Shown here: positions 26,728 to 36,489 of the stretch, in pieces
Numbering within the stretch: position 1 is the stretch's first letter
Layout: the number at the start of each line of letters is the position of its first letter
Source: an uncultured Lachnospiraceae bacterium
GTDB lineage: Bacteria > Bacillota > Clostridia > Lachnospirales > Lachnospiraceae
Reading direction: 5' to 3'
Length of the DNA: 64,000 nucleotides
NCBI GenBank assembly: GCA_947630875.1
Contig: CANRJG010000003.1
Span: 6,024 to 70,023 of the forward strand
Made by a program: the position numbers and the translations under genes
Notes under the pieces: generated by a model
Seen by the model: only the letters and a program-made list of their open reading frames with translations
Told to the model about the DNA's origin: nothing
Database searches by the model: none

Positions 26728-28143
26728 ATGGCGAAAAATATTCAGGCAAAGCCTTTGAAAATTACAGAAACCGTCCTGCGTGACGCACATCAGTCTCTGA
26801 TTGCGACCCGTATGACGACGGAACAGATGCTTCCCATCGTGGATAAGATGGATCAGGTCGGCTACAATGCGGTAGAGTGCTGGGGCGGCGCAACCTTTGA
26901 CGCTTCCTTGCGTTTCCTGAAGGAAGACCCCTGGGACAGACTCCGCAAACTGAAAGACGGATTCAAAAATACGAAGCTGCAGATGCTGTTCCGCGGACAG
27001 AACATTTTGGGGTACCGGCATTATGCAGACGACGTGGTTACCTATTTCGTACAGAAATCCGTGGCCAACGGCATTGACATCGTCCGTATCTTCGACTGTC
27101 TGAATGATATCCGTAATCTGCAGTGTGCGGTGGACGCCACCAAGAAAGAAAAGGCTCACGCACAGGTAGCTCTTTCCTATACGCTGGGAGATGCTTATAC
27201 CCTGGATTACTGGAAGAATATCGCAAAGAAAATTGAAAATATGGGTGCGGATTCCCTCTGTATCAAAGATATGGCGGGTCTGCTGGTGCCTTATGAAGCT
27301 ACCAGACTGATTACCGCTCTGAAGGAGTCGGTAAAGATTCCCATTGAGCTGCATACACATTACACATCGGGCGTTGCTTCCATGACCTGTCTGAAGGCAG
27401 TGGAAGCCGGCTGCGATATTATTGATACCGCCATGAGTCCCTTTTCCATGGGAACCAGCCAGCCGGCGACGGAGGTTATGGTAGAAACCTTTAAAGGAAC
27501 CCCTTATGACACCGGACTGGATCAGAAGCTGCTGGCGGAAATCGCGGATTACTTCCGTCCCATGCGGGAGGAAGCGCTGGAGAGCGGCCTGATGAATCCG
27601 AAGGTACTGGGTGTCAATATCAAGACGCTGCTGTATCAGGTGCCGGGCGGTATGCTTTCCAACCTGGTTTCCCAGCTGAAGGAAATGCATGCGGAAGACA
27701 AGTACGAAGAAGTGCTGGCAGAGGTACCCAGAGTGCGGAAAGATCTGGGCGAGCCGCCGCTGGTAACGCCTTCTTCACAGATCGTCGGTACCCAGGCCGT
27801 TATGAACGTGCTGCAGGGCGAGCGTTATAAGATCGCCACGGATCAGACGAAGTCGATTCTCCGGGGCGAATACGGTCAGACGGTGAAACCTTTCAACAAG
27901 GAAATCCAGAAGAAAGTCATCGGTAATGATAAGATTATTACCTGCAGACCGGCAGACAACATTCCCAACGAACTTTCCAAACTGGAATCCGAAATGGCAC
28001 AGTGGAAACAGCAGGACGAAGACGTTCTTTCCTACGCGCTGTTCCCGCAGGTGGCTGTGGAATATTTCAAATACAGAGAAGCACAGCAGACAAAAGTAGA
28101 TCCCGGAAAAGCTGATCAGAAAAACAAAGCCTATCCGGTTTAA
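26728..28143 (+). CDS. oxaloacetate decarboxylase alpha-like / transcarboxylase 5S-type carboxyltransferase, no biotinyl domain
   Basis: ITETVLRDAHQSL.ATRM and ECWGGATFD motifs (pyruvate carboxyltransferase TIM barrel). 471 aa, and no MKM biotin motif is visible. Start at the ATG after a GAGGAGAG RBS. Confidence 0.8.
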   Translation: MAKNIQAKPLKITETVLRDAHQSLIATRMTTEQMLPIVDKMDQVGYNAVECWGGATFDASLRFLKEDPWDRLRKLKDGFKNTKLQMLFRGQNILGYRHYADDVVTYFVQKSVANGIDIVRIFDCLNDIRNLQCAVDATKKEKAHAQVALSYTLGDAYTLDYWKNIAKKIENMGADSLCIKDMAGLLVPYEATRLITALKESVKIPIELHTHYTSGVASMTCLKAVEAGCDIIDTAMSPFSMGTSQPATEVMVETFKGTPYDTGLDQKLLAEIADYFRPMREEALESGLMNPKVLGVNIKTLLYQVPGGMLSNLVSQLKEMHAEDKYEEVLAEVPRVRKDLGEPPLVTPSSQIVGTQAVMNVLQGERYKIATDQTKSILRGEYGQTVKPFNKEIQKKVIGNDKIITCRPADNIPNELSKLESEMAQWKQQDEDVLSYALFPQVAVEYFKYREAQQTKVDPGKADQKNKAYPV

Positions 28144-28162
28144 ACTACAAACAGCAAATAAA

Positions 28163-28205
28163 AAGGTGCCGGTGTCTTGTAAAAGACATCGACACCTGTT
28201 TGTTC
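28163..28205 (+). terminator. imperfect terminator hairpin at the end of the decarboxylase operon
   Basis: aggtgccggtgtct...agacatcgacacct with two mismatches, followed by gtttgtt. Confidence 0.4.
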
Positions 28206-28234
28206 AGAACCAAAAAAGCTTTTGGGAGCGGAAT

Positions 28235-29164
28235 ATGAAACAATACTGGGTAGAAAGCAAAAAGTTTCTTTCATATCTGAAAAAAAACAGGGCGGACGCC
28301 TATGCGGCGCAGATCGCCTTTTTTACGTTAATGTCGATCATTCCCATGTGTATTCTGTTTATTTCATTTACACAGTATATTCCCACGATTAAAACCGCGT
28401 ACCGCGGCATCTTAAACGACTATATTCCCGAAAGCTTTCTGCCGCTGGTCAACGAAGTGATTACCGACGCGGCACGAAGCGCCGGCGCGGCGATCCCCAT
28501 TTCCTTGGTTTTTACCGCATGGACGGCGGGAAAAAGCATTATGGCCATGACCAACGGGCTGAATGCGGTCTATGACCAGCCGGGCAAGGGTTCCTGGTTT
28601 TTACTGCGGGGAAAGGCGGCGCTGCATACCATTCTGTATATTCTGCTGATTATTGTCATGCTGTTTGCGGTTATGTCGGGCAACAAGGTGCAGGCCTTCA
28701 TTTTCAGCTATATTCCGGCGGCGCAGAAATATATTGACGGAATTATCGACCGGCGGTTCTGGATCGGCGTATTGTTTATTTTCGTGTCCTGTATGTGTTT
28801 TTACAAATTTTTGCCGAATCACAAGGTGCGGCTGAACAGTCAGCTGCCCGGCGCGCTGCTGGCCAGTCTGTCTACCATCGTACTTTCTTACGGACTGGGC
28901 GTTTATGTGGACCGCTTTAACGGATTTTCCATGTACGGCTCCATCACATCCCTGATCCTTTTGATGTGCTGGCTGTATTTTGTCATGTATATTATTCTGG
29001 TCTGCGGCGCTTTTAATCATTATTTCGAGGAACGAATCGAAAGCAGACGAAAGGAAAAATCGGATGAAGCATCTGATCGTCATAGGCGGCGGAGCGGCAG
29101 GCATGATGGCAGCATATTCGGCCGCCGCAAACGGATGCAGCGTCACGCTGCTGGAGAAAAATGA
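28235..29164 (+). CDS. YihY/BrkB family membrane protein
   Basis: AAQIAFFTLMSIIP motif and six TM segments. The basic C-terminal tail overlaps the next gene by 101 nt. Confidence 0.7.
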   Translation: MKQYWVESKKFLSYLKKNRADAYAAQIAFFTLMSIIPMCILFISFTQYIPTIKTAYRGILNDYIPESFLPLVNEVITDAARSAGAAIPISLVFTAWTAGKSIMAMTNGLNAVYDQPGKGSWFLLRGKAALHTILYILLIIVMLFAVMSGNKVQAFIFSYIPAAQKYIDGIIDRRFWIGVLFIFVSCMCFYKFLPNHKVRLNSQLPGALLASLSTIVLSYGLGVYVDRFNGFSMYGSITSLILLMCWLYFVMYIILVCGAFNHYFEERIESRRKEKSDEASDRHRRRSGRHDGSIFGRRKRMQRHAAGEK

Positions 29165-30341
29165 AAAACTGGGGAAAAAGCTGTACATTACCGGAAAAGG
29201 ACGATGCAATCTGACCAATATGGCGGAACATAAGGATTTTTTCGAAAATATCTGCTCCAATGGCCGCTTTTTCCGGACTGCTTACCGCAATCTCGATAAT
29301 ACGGAAACTTTTCGCCTTTTTGAGGGCATGGGACTGCCGCTGAAGGAAGAACGGGGCAAACGGGTTTTCCCCCGCTCCGACAAATCTTCGGATGTGATCC
29401 GTGCGCTGGAAAGGCAATTACATAAATATCAGGTGGAAATTCTGCTGCATACGCAGGTGCGGCGGATACGAAAAGAAGAAAACGCGTTTGTGCTGGAACT
29501 TTTACAGGAAGGCAGACCGAAACAGCTGGAAGCCAGGGCTGTGGTGATCGCAACGGGCGGATTGTCCTATCCTTCCACCGGTTCCACCGGGGACGGATAC
29601 CGCTTTGCGGAATCCTTCGGGCACAGCCTGACGCCGCGGTATCCTTCGCTGGTATCCCTGCAGCTGAAAGAAAACGTCAAAGACCTGCAGGGTTTGAGCC
29701 TGCGCAATGTGACCCTGCGGATTTGGAATGAACAGAAATGTATTTATGAAGGCTTCGGGGAAATGCTGTTTACGGACCGGGGCATCAGCGGACCGCTGGT
29801 TTTAAGTGCCAGTACGCAGTGTGTGCACCTGCTGGAGCACGGCATTCGTCTGCAGGCGGAAATCGATCTGAAACCGGCGCTGGATTTATCCCAGCTGCGG
29901 GCAAGACTGCAGCGGGAATGTACCGGTAATGCAAACAAACAGAGCAAGACCGTACTGCACAGCCTCATGCCGGCTTCTTTAGTCAGGGAGTTTCTGCGGC
30001 AGACCGGCGTCAGCGAGAAAAAAACGGTCGGAACCCTTTCCACGGAGGAAACGGACAGGCTGCTGTACGGACTGAAACATCTGCGTTTTACAGTAACGGC
30101 GGCCGGCAGCTATGCCGAGGCGGTCATTACAAAGGGCGGCGTCAGCATCAGGCAAGTGGCGCCGGGTACCATGGAATCCAAACGGATCCCGGGATTGTAT
30201 TTTGCCGGGGAAGTGCTGGATCTGGACGCGCGGACCGGGGGCTTTAATTTGCAGATTGCCTGGTCTACCGGCTACACGGCGGGATGTGCCGCCGCAAACC
30301 GAATCAAAGGAGAACAAGCATGTACATCAATATCGCAATAG
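29064..30341 (+). CDS. NAD(P)/FAD-dependent oxidoreductase (HI0933/BaiN-like flavoprotein)
   Basis: N-terminal dinucleotide fold VIGGGAAGMMAA, LEKN.KLGKKL.ITG.GRCN and GG.N.Q.A..TG motifs. Confidence 0.75.
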   Translation: MKHLIVIGGGAAGMMAAYSAAANGCSVTLLEKNEKLGKKLYITGKGRCNLTNMAEHKDFFENICSNGRFFRTAYRNLDNTETFRLFEGMGLPLKEERGKRVFPRSDKSSDVIRALERQLHKYQVEILLHTQVRRIRKEENAFVLELLQEGRPKQLEARAVVIATGGLSYPSTGSTGDGYRFAESFGHSLTPRYPSLVSLQLKENVKDLQGLSLRNVTLRIWNEQKCIYEGFGEMLFTDRGISGPLVLSASTQCVHLLEHGIRLQAEIDLKPALDLSQLRARLQRECTGNANKQSKTVLHSLMPASLVREFLRQTGVSEKKTVGTLSTEETDRLLYGLKHLRFTVTAAGSYAEAVITKGGVSIRQVAPGTMESKRIPGLYFAGEVLDLDARTGGFNLQIAWSTGYTAGCAAANRIKGEQACTSISQ

Positions 30342-30994
30342 ACGGACCTGCCGGTGCGGGGAAAAGCACAATTGCAAAGCAACTGGCAAAAACCCTGGGG
30401 TATATCTATGTAGATACCGGCGCCATGTACCGGACGCTGGCGGTTTATTTTATCCGGAATCAGGTGGGCGAAAAGGACAGCGCCCGGATGTCTGCGCTGG
30501 TGGATAATGCGGATGTGAAAATCAGGTACGAAAACGGGGAGCAGCAGCTGTATTTGAACGGAGAAAATGTCACATCCCTGCTGCGGACCGAGGAAGTGGG
30601 CAATATGGCCAGCGCCTGTGCCGTCAATCCGGATGTGCGCAGGAAACTGACGGAAATGCAGAAAGCCATGGGGGCTTCCTGCAATCTGGTGATGGACGGC
30701 AGAGATATCGGCACCACGGTGCTGCCGGATGCCGCAGTGAAGATTTTCCTTACCGCGTCGGTAGAAGTGCGGGCAAAGCGCCGGTATGACGAGCTGACGG
30801 CAAAGGGAATCACGCCGGATCTGGCACAGATTCGGGCAGATATCGCAGACCGGGATTATCAGGACAGTCACAGGAAACATTCTCCGCTGAAACAGGCGGC
30901 GGATGCGGTGCTGGTGGACAGCTCTTCCATGACGATTGAAGAAGTGCTGGCACATATTCTGGATATCGTCAGAGAGAAGGTTCAGGATGCCTGA
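30320..30994 (+). CDS. cmk: cytidylate kinase
   Basis: IAIDGPAGAGKSTIAK, YVDTGAMYR and DGRDIGT motifs. Confidence 0.9.
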   Translation: MYINIAIDGPAGAGKSTIAKQLAKTLGYIYVDTGAMYRTLAVYFIRNQVGEKDSARMSALVDNADVKIRYENGEQQLYLNGENVTSLLRTEEVGNMASACAVNPDVRRKLTEMQKAMGASCNLVMDGRDIGTTVLPDAAVKIFLTASVEVRAKRRYDELTAKGITPDLAQIRADIADRDYQDSHRKHSPLKQAADAVLVDSSSMTIEEVLAHILDIVREKVQDA

Positions 30995-31850
30995 AATTAT
31001 CACTGCAAAGTCCGCCGGGTTCTGCTTTGGCGTGGAACGGGCCCTGCAGATGGTCTACGAACAGGCCGAAGACCATGATCGGATTTACACCTTAGGACCC
31101 ATTATTCATAATGAAGAAGTGGTTCGTGACCTGGAAAGCAGAGGCGTCCGGACCATTCATGATCTGAAAGAACTGGAAAGTATCCGTCAGGGAACCCTGA
31201 TCATTCGTTCCCACGGCATTGCGAAAAGCGTGCAGGAGCAGATCGAACGGAGCGGTCTGCGGATCATTGACGCTACATGTCCTTTTGTTAAACGAATCCA
31301 TCAGATTGTGGAAAAGGAAAGCCGCGAGGGAAAGCAGATCATAATCATCGGAGATCCGGCCCATCCCGAGGTCGTCGGCATCAAAGGATGGTGTATTTCG
31401 GATGCAAAAATTGTCAATGACGCCGGGGAAGCCGAAAATCTGGTTTTAGATGGAAAAACAGATGCCGTAATCGTTGCGCAAACGACATTTAATTACAATA
31501 AATTAAAAGATTTAGTTGAAATTATCAAAAAAAAGAAGTATAATAGCTGGTATGTGGACACAGTGTGTCATGCGACCTCCGAAAGGCAGGAGGAAGCAGT
31601 TGAGATCGCAGATAAGGTTGATGCGATGATTGTGATCGGCAGTTTTCACAGTTCAAACACACAGAAGTTATTTGAAATGTGCAGGCAATATTGTGCGGAT
31701 ACGCTTTATATTCAAACAGTCCGTGATTTAGACATACGAAGGCTAAGCGGCAAACGCCGCATTGGTATAACAGCGGGGGCGTCCACCCCCAAGAAAATTA
31801 TTGAGGAGGTTTTGCTGCATGTCAGAGCTCAATTTTCAGGAGATGCTTGA
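30987..31850 (+). CDS. ispH: 4-hydroxy-3-methylbut-2-enyl diphosphate reductase
   Basis: GFCFGV.RA, GPIIHN, DATCP.V, QTT and SSNT motifs. 8-nt overlap with cmk. Confidence 0.85.
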   Translation: MPEIITAKSAGFCFGVERALQMVYEQAEDHDRIYTLGPIIHNEEVVRDLESRGVRTIHDLKELESIRQGTLIIRSHGIAKSVQEQIERSGLRIIDATCPFVKRIHQIVEKESREGKQIIIIGDPAHPEVVGIKGWCISDAKIVNDAGEAENLVLDGKTDAVIVAQTTFNYNKLKDLVEIIKKKKYNSWYVDTVCHATSERQEEAVEIADKVDAMIVIGSFHSSNTQKLFEMCRQYCADTLYIQTVRDLDIRRLSGKRRIGITAGASTPKKIIEEVLLHVRAQFSGDA

Positions 31851-32994
31851 GGAGTCAATTAAGACAATTCATAACGGAGAAGTCGTAGAAGGAACGGTAA
31901 TGGATGTTAAGTCTGATGAAATTATTTTAAATATCGGCTACAAAGCAGACGGATACGTCTCTTATCAGGAATACACAAGCAAGCCGGATGTAGATTTACA
32001 GGAAGCTGTCCATGTGGGCGACAAGATGGAAGTAAAGGTTTTGAGAGTGAATGACGGCGACGGTCAGGTGGCGCTTTCCTATAAGGCGCTGAACGCAGGA
32101 CGTATCAATGAAAAGCTGGAAGCTGCTTTTCAGGAGGGTACGGTATTAAAGGGAAAGGTCAGCCAGGTGTTAAGCGGCGGTCTGAGCGTATTGTTCGAAG
32201 ATTCACGCGTATTTATTCCGGCAAGTCTGGTATCCGATGTTTATGAAAAAGACCTCTCAGGTTATCAGGATCAGGAAATTGAGTTTTATCTGATTGAGTT
32301 CAATCCCAAGAGAAGAAGAGTGATTGGCGACAGAAAGAAACTTCTGCTGGAAGAAAAGGCAAAGAGAGCGGAAGAACTGATGGCGAAGCTGCAGGTCGGC
32401 GACATCATCAACGGTATCGTTAAAAATGTGACGGATTTCGGCGCATTTGTCGATCTGGGCGGTGTAGACGGACTCTTACATATTTCCGAAATGTTCTGGG
32501 GCAAGCCGGAAAATCCCAAAAAGGCTTACAAGGCCGGGGATGAAGTCAGAGTTTTTGTCAAGGATATCAAGGAAAACCGTATCGCTCTGAGCGTTTTGTT
32601 TGAGGATGAAAATCCCTGGAACGACGCAGACGTGAAGTATGCAAAAGGCAATATCGTCAAAGGTGTTGTTGCCCGGATGACAGACTTCGGTGCATTTGTT
32701 GAGCTGGAGCAGGGCATCGACGCTCTGATGCATGTATCCCAGATTTCTCTGGCCCATGTCAATAAGCCTTCCGACGTACTGAAGATCGGTCAGGAAGTAG
32801 AAGCAAAGGTGATCGATTTCAACGGCGAAGCCAAGCGCATCAGCCTGAGCCTGAAGGCAATGGAACTGGATGCGAAGAAAGCTGCGGAAGAAGCGGGCGA
32901 ATCCGGTGAGGCACCTGTGGAAACAGAGACACCGGCTGAGACTGCAGAAGCTGTGGAAGCGGCTGAAACAGTCAGTGAGGAAACTGAAGCATAA
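31819..32994 (+). CDS. S1 RNA-binding domain protein (ribosomal protein S1-like, four S1 repeats)
   Basis: Repeated G.V.G.V....FGAFV.L. modules and an acidic C-terminal tail. In the +1 frame relative to ispH, with a 32-nt overlap. Confidence 0.8.
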   Translation: MSELNFQEMLEESIKTIHNGEVVEGTVMDVKSDEIILNIGYKADGYVSYQEYTSKPDVDLQEAVHVGDKMEVKVLRVNDGDGQVALSYKALNAGRINEKLEAAFQEGTVLKGKVSQVLSGGLSVLFEDSRVFIPASLVSDVYEKDLSGYQDQEIEFYLIEFNPKRRRVIGDRKKLLLEEKAKRAEELMAKLQVGDIINGIVKNVTDFGAFVDLGGVDGLLHISEMFWGKPENPKKAYKAGDEVRVFVKDIKENRIALSVLFEDENPWNDADVKYAKGNIVKGVVARMTDFGAFVELEQGIDALMHVSQISLAHVNKPSDVLKIGQEVEAKVIDFNGEAKRISLSLKAMELDAKKAAEEAGESGEAPVETETPAETAEAVEAAETVSEETEA

Positions 32995-33007
32995 GATGAA
33001 AATAAAG

Positions 33008-33062
33008 GGAGTGCCCGGCAAAATAACAGAACAGACTGTTATCTTGCGGCACTCCTTTTTTT
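33008..33062. terminator. long hairpin terminator shared by convergent genes
   Basis: ggagtgcc...ggcactcc outer stem and ataacag/ctgttat inner stem, then T7. The stop codon of the minus-strand gene lies inside the hairpin. Confidence 0.6.
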
Positions 33063-34046
33063 GCTGTCAAAAGTGTGAAGGAACCAGTTGTAGCTGCGGT
33101 TCCAGAAATAAACGAGATCGTTTCGGCTGCGGGGTACGGGCACGGGCTGAAAGGCGGTATGGATGTCGGCTTTGACGGCGGAACGGATGCCTACCAGATG
33201 GCCGTAAGATGCCTCCACCGCATAATCTTCCTCCGGTAAATACAGATAATTCCGGTAATCGCCGTAATGCAGATGAAGGTTTCCTTCATGTTTGTCTAAG
33301 CGAAGGGATGCGGCATTGTCTGAAAAGGTAAAGCGCAGATCATCGAACCGGGCAGACAGGGTCAGAGACATATGCCCGCCGGTGGGTATGGTGAAGCTGA
33401 AGCTGTCGTCGGTTTCGGAAACTTCCATGGGAAAGCCTGCAGCGTTTTTCAGCTGGTCAAAGATCAGCAGCTCGGAGAGCGCAGGAAGGTTCAGTACGTC
33501 TTCCTTGTTGTGCAGAAGGCATAGGTCTAAGGCATACGGATCCTGTGTGCTGACATATTGATAGTAGTAGCGGATGGCTTCGCCGCCGTCTATCTGATCT
33601 TCGCGGGAAAGTCCCAGCAGCTGTTCCATGGTTTTGAGCTTGCAGTTGCAGCAGGAAAACAGACTGCGAAAGGGTTTGACATACAGATAGAGATCCAGGG
33701 ATGCGACGCAGGAAAGACTGGAAGGCAGACCATGCCGCGCATACCGGGCTTTCAGATAGGGAATGTCAAAGCGTTCCCCATTGAAATGAGCCAGCAGTGT
33801 GACGCCCGTCAGCGCTTCGTCAAAGGTTTTCAGAATGGCCGTTTCTTCGCCGGCGTCTTCGGCAAACAGCTGGGTCAGCAGCAGTTCGCCGCCGCAAAAG
33901 CGGGCAAAGCTGATCAGATAGACGAAAGAATTTTTAGGGGAAAGCCCGGTTGTTTCGATATCGAAAAACATCATTCGGCTGATGTCGCCGTATTGTTCCA
34001 GCAATTGCGGAACAGGGGTCGAATGATGGTATTTTTTTGTAATCAT
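33039..34046 (-). CDS. RNase H-like / 3'-5' exonuclease domain protein (YprB-like)
   Basis: FFDIETTGL motif and H.NG.RFD.P.L. 335 aa. Confidence 0.6.
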   Translation of the reverse strand: MITKKYHHSTPVPQLLEQYGDISRMMFFDIETTGLSPKNSFVYLISFARFCGGELLLTQLFAEDAGEETAILKTFDEALTGVTLLAHFNGERFDIPYLKARYARHGLPSSLSCVASLDLYLYVKPFRSLFSCCNCKLKTMEQLLGLSREDQIDGGEAIRYYYQYVSTQDPYALDLCLLHNKEDVLNLPALSELLIFDQLKNAAGFPMEVSETDDSFSFTIPTGGHMSLTLSARFDDLRFTFSDNAASLRLDKHEGNLHLHYGDYRNYLYLPEEDYAVEASYGHLVGIRSAVKADIHTAFQPVPVPRSRNDLVYFWNRSYNWFLHTFDSKKRSAAR

Positions 34047-34185
34047 AAGAAAATCCTTTGTGTTTGTTCCTGTATTATGTTATTATAAAATCTACATGGT
34101 TTATTTCACCGGCTAAAGTCAGTATAACATAGGAAGATTTTGCTGTAAACTGCGCAAAACCATGCCGGTGGATCGGAGGAAATCT

Positions 34186-35517
34186 ATGCTGAAAGGAACT
34201 TTTTTCGGAGGGATCCATCCCTTTGACGGAAAAGAAATGTCGAAAAATAAGCCGATTGTGGATTATGTTCCCAAAGGAGACATGGTCTATCCGCTGCAGC
34301 AGCATCTGGGGGCGCCTGCCGTGCCTGTGGTCGGGAAAGGCGATTATGTCCGGCACGGACAGCTGATTGCCGAAGCAGGCGGCTTTGTGTCCGCGCCGGT
34401 ATATGCGGCTTGTTCCGGGTATGTCAAAACCATCGAGCCCCATCTGACCGTCAGCGGCGATATGGTGGAATCCATTATTATAGAAAACGACGGAAAATTT
34501 ACGCCTGTGGAGCAGAAGAAGACGGAGAAACAAGACACAGCGCTGACGCCCCGGCTGATTCTGGAACGGATCCAAAAAGCCGGCGTGGTCGGCATGGGCG
34601 GCGCGGGATTTCCCACACATGTGAAACTGGCGCCGAAAAATCCGGAGCAGATCGATTACATTATTGTCAACTGCTCGGAGTGTGAACCTTATCTGACTTC
34701 GGATTACCGGAGAATGATTGAAAATCCCGAGATGATTATTGAAGGACTGGAATACATACTTGCGATTTTCCCTCATGCAAAAGGGATTATTGCAGTGGAA
34801 GACAATAAAGCGGACGCGGCGGTGAAACTGGAAAAACTCTGCATCAACAAACCGGCGATTTCCGTGAGCCTTTTGAAAACCAAATATCCGCAAGGGTCGG
34901 AGCGGCAGCTGATTTACGCCTGTACCGGGCGAAAGATCAACAGCAGCATGCTTCCGGCGGACGGCGGCTGCATCGTACAGAATACCGATACCGTCTGCGC
35001 TGTCCGGGATGCGGTGGCGGAAGAAAAACCGCTGATGTACCGGATCGTGACGGTGACCGGCGACGCGGTGAAAAATCCCGTGAATTTCCGGGTGCCCATC
35101 GGCACTTCCTATGCGGAACTGGCGAAGGAAGCCGGGGGCTTTGTGAAAGAACCCGCTCAGATTATTTCCGGGGGCCCTTTGATGGGGATTTCTTTGTTTG
35201 ACATCGACGTGCCGGTGATCAAGACAAGTTCCGCCCTGCTGTGTCTGACGGAAAATGACGTCAGACAGCACAGACAGACCGCATGTATTAACTGCGGCCG
35301 ATGCGCGGATGCCTGTCCGGAACAGCTGATGCCCATGCGGCTTCTGCGGGCAGCGGAGGCTTCCGATCGGGAAACCTTCCTGAAATTATACGGCATGGAA
35401 TGCATCGAGTGCGGCGCCTGCTCCTACATCTGCCCGGCGAAGCAGCCGCTGACACATACCTTCCGCACCATGCGGCGCAATATCATGGCGGAGAAAAAAC
35501 GGGGAGGAGAGAAATAA
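34186..35517 (+). CDS. rnfC: Rnf electron transport complex subunit C
   Basis: GMGGAGFPTH and two CxxCxxCxxxCP ferredoxin motifs (CINCGRCADACP, CIECGACSYICP). Confidence 0.9.
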   Translation: MLKGTFFGGIHPFDGKEMSKNKPIVDYVPKGDMVYPLQQHLGAPAVPVVGKGDYVRHGQLIAEAGGFVSAPVYAACSGYVKTIEPHLTVSGDMVESIIIENDGKFTPVEQKKTEKQDTALTPRLILERIQKAGVVGMGGAGFPTHVKLAPKNPEQIDYIIVNCSECEPYLTSDYRRMIENPEMIIEGLEYILAIFPHAKGIIAVEDNKADAAVKLEKLCINKPAISVSLLKTKYPQGSERQLIYACTGRKINSSMLPADGGCIVQNTDTVCAVRDAVAEEKPLMYRIVTVTGDAVKNPVNFRVPIGTSYAELAKEAGGFVKEPAQIISGGPLMGISLFDIDVPVIKTSSALLCLTENDVRQHRQTACINCGRCADACPEQLMPMRLLRAAEASDRETFLKLYGMECIECGACSYICPAKQPLTHTFRTMRRNIMAEKKRGGEK

Positions 35518-36489
35518 ATGTCTGCGAAATACAGTAATCCGGAAGTTTCCGCTTCACCGCATGTGCGGGCGAAACTCAGTACGACCCATATCATGCAGCT
35601 GGTGGCGCTGGCGCTGATTCCCAGCGGATGTTACGGCGTATATCATTTCGGCATCAATGCATTATTTCATATATTGATTACGGTTGCGGCCTGCGTGGCT
35701 TCGGAATTTCTTTTTACCCATTTTATGCACAAACCGGTGACGGTGACCGACGGCAGCGCCGTGGTGACCGGTCTGCTGCTGTCCTATTGTCTGCCGGTGG
35801 CGGCGCCTTTGTGGATGGGGGCTGTAGGCGGCGCTTTTGCCATTATCGTGGTAAAGCAGCTGTTCGGCGGCCTGGGGCACAACTTTATGAATCCGGCGCT
35901 GGCGGCAAGGTGCTTCCTGCTGCTTTCCTTTCCGAAGCTGATGACGGATTATACTTATGGACTGTATGATTCGATTTCTTCCGCGACGCCCCTGCAGCTG
36001 CTGAAAGAAAGCGGCGATCTGGGAGACATCAGCGTGCGGGATATCGTATTCGGCAATACCGGCGGCACCATCGGCGAAACCTGTACCATTGCCATTTTGC
36101 TGGGCGCGCTGGTTCTGCTGATGTTTAATATCATCGATATCAAGATCCCTGCCATCATACTGGCGACGTTTTCCGTGTGTATCATGCTGTTTAACTATCT
36201 GCTGGGCACACACGATTTTAATATTTATTATCTGTCCGCGCAGTTATCCGGCGGCGGCCTGATGCTGGGAGCATGGTTTATGGCGACGGATTATGTCACC
36301 CGGCCGGTGAACACCAAAGGCCAGGTGATTTACGCCGTGCTGATCGGTCTGCTGATTGCCGTTTTCCGGTGGTTTGGCAACAACGCCGAAGGCGCATCCT
36401 TTGCCATTATTTTCGCAAATCTGCTGACACCGCTGCTGGAGCGGCTGCCGGTGAGAAAAGCGTTTGGAACAGGAGGGAAACAGGCGTGA
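35518..36489 (+). CDS. rnfD: Rnf complex subunit D
   Basis: Polytopic protein. SPH.R, NPAL.AR.FL and the flavinylation-region DYVT motif. Confidence 0.9.
   Translation: MSAKYSNPEVSASPHVRAKLSTTHIMQLVALALIPSGCYGVYHFGINALFHILITVAACVASEFLFTHFMHKPVTVTDGSAVVTGLLLSYCLPVAAPLWMGAVGGAFAIIVVKQLFGGLGHNFMNPALAARCFLLLSFPKLMTDYTYGLYDSISSATPLQLLKESGDLGDISVRDIVFGNTGGTIGETCTIAILLGALVLLMFNIIDIKIPAIILATFSVCIMLFNYLLGTHDFNIYYLSAQLSGGGLMLGAWFMATDYVTRPVNTKGQVIYAVLIGLLIAVFRWFGNNAEGASFAIIFANLLTPLLERLPVRKAFGTGGKQA

Noticed and set aside
26698-27690. 330-aa minus-strand ORF
   Set aside because: It is antisense to the 5S-type carboxyltransferase gene, whose motifs are unambiguous.
34075-35271. 398-aa ORF on the minus strand
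   Set aside because: It is entirely antisense to rnfC, which has clear motifs. The translation is Arg/His/Gly/Phe-rich low-complexity sequence typical of the reverse frame of a GC-rich gene, and there is no RBS.
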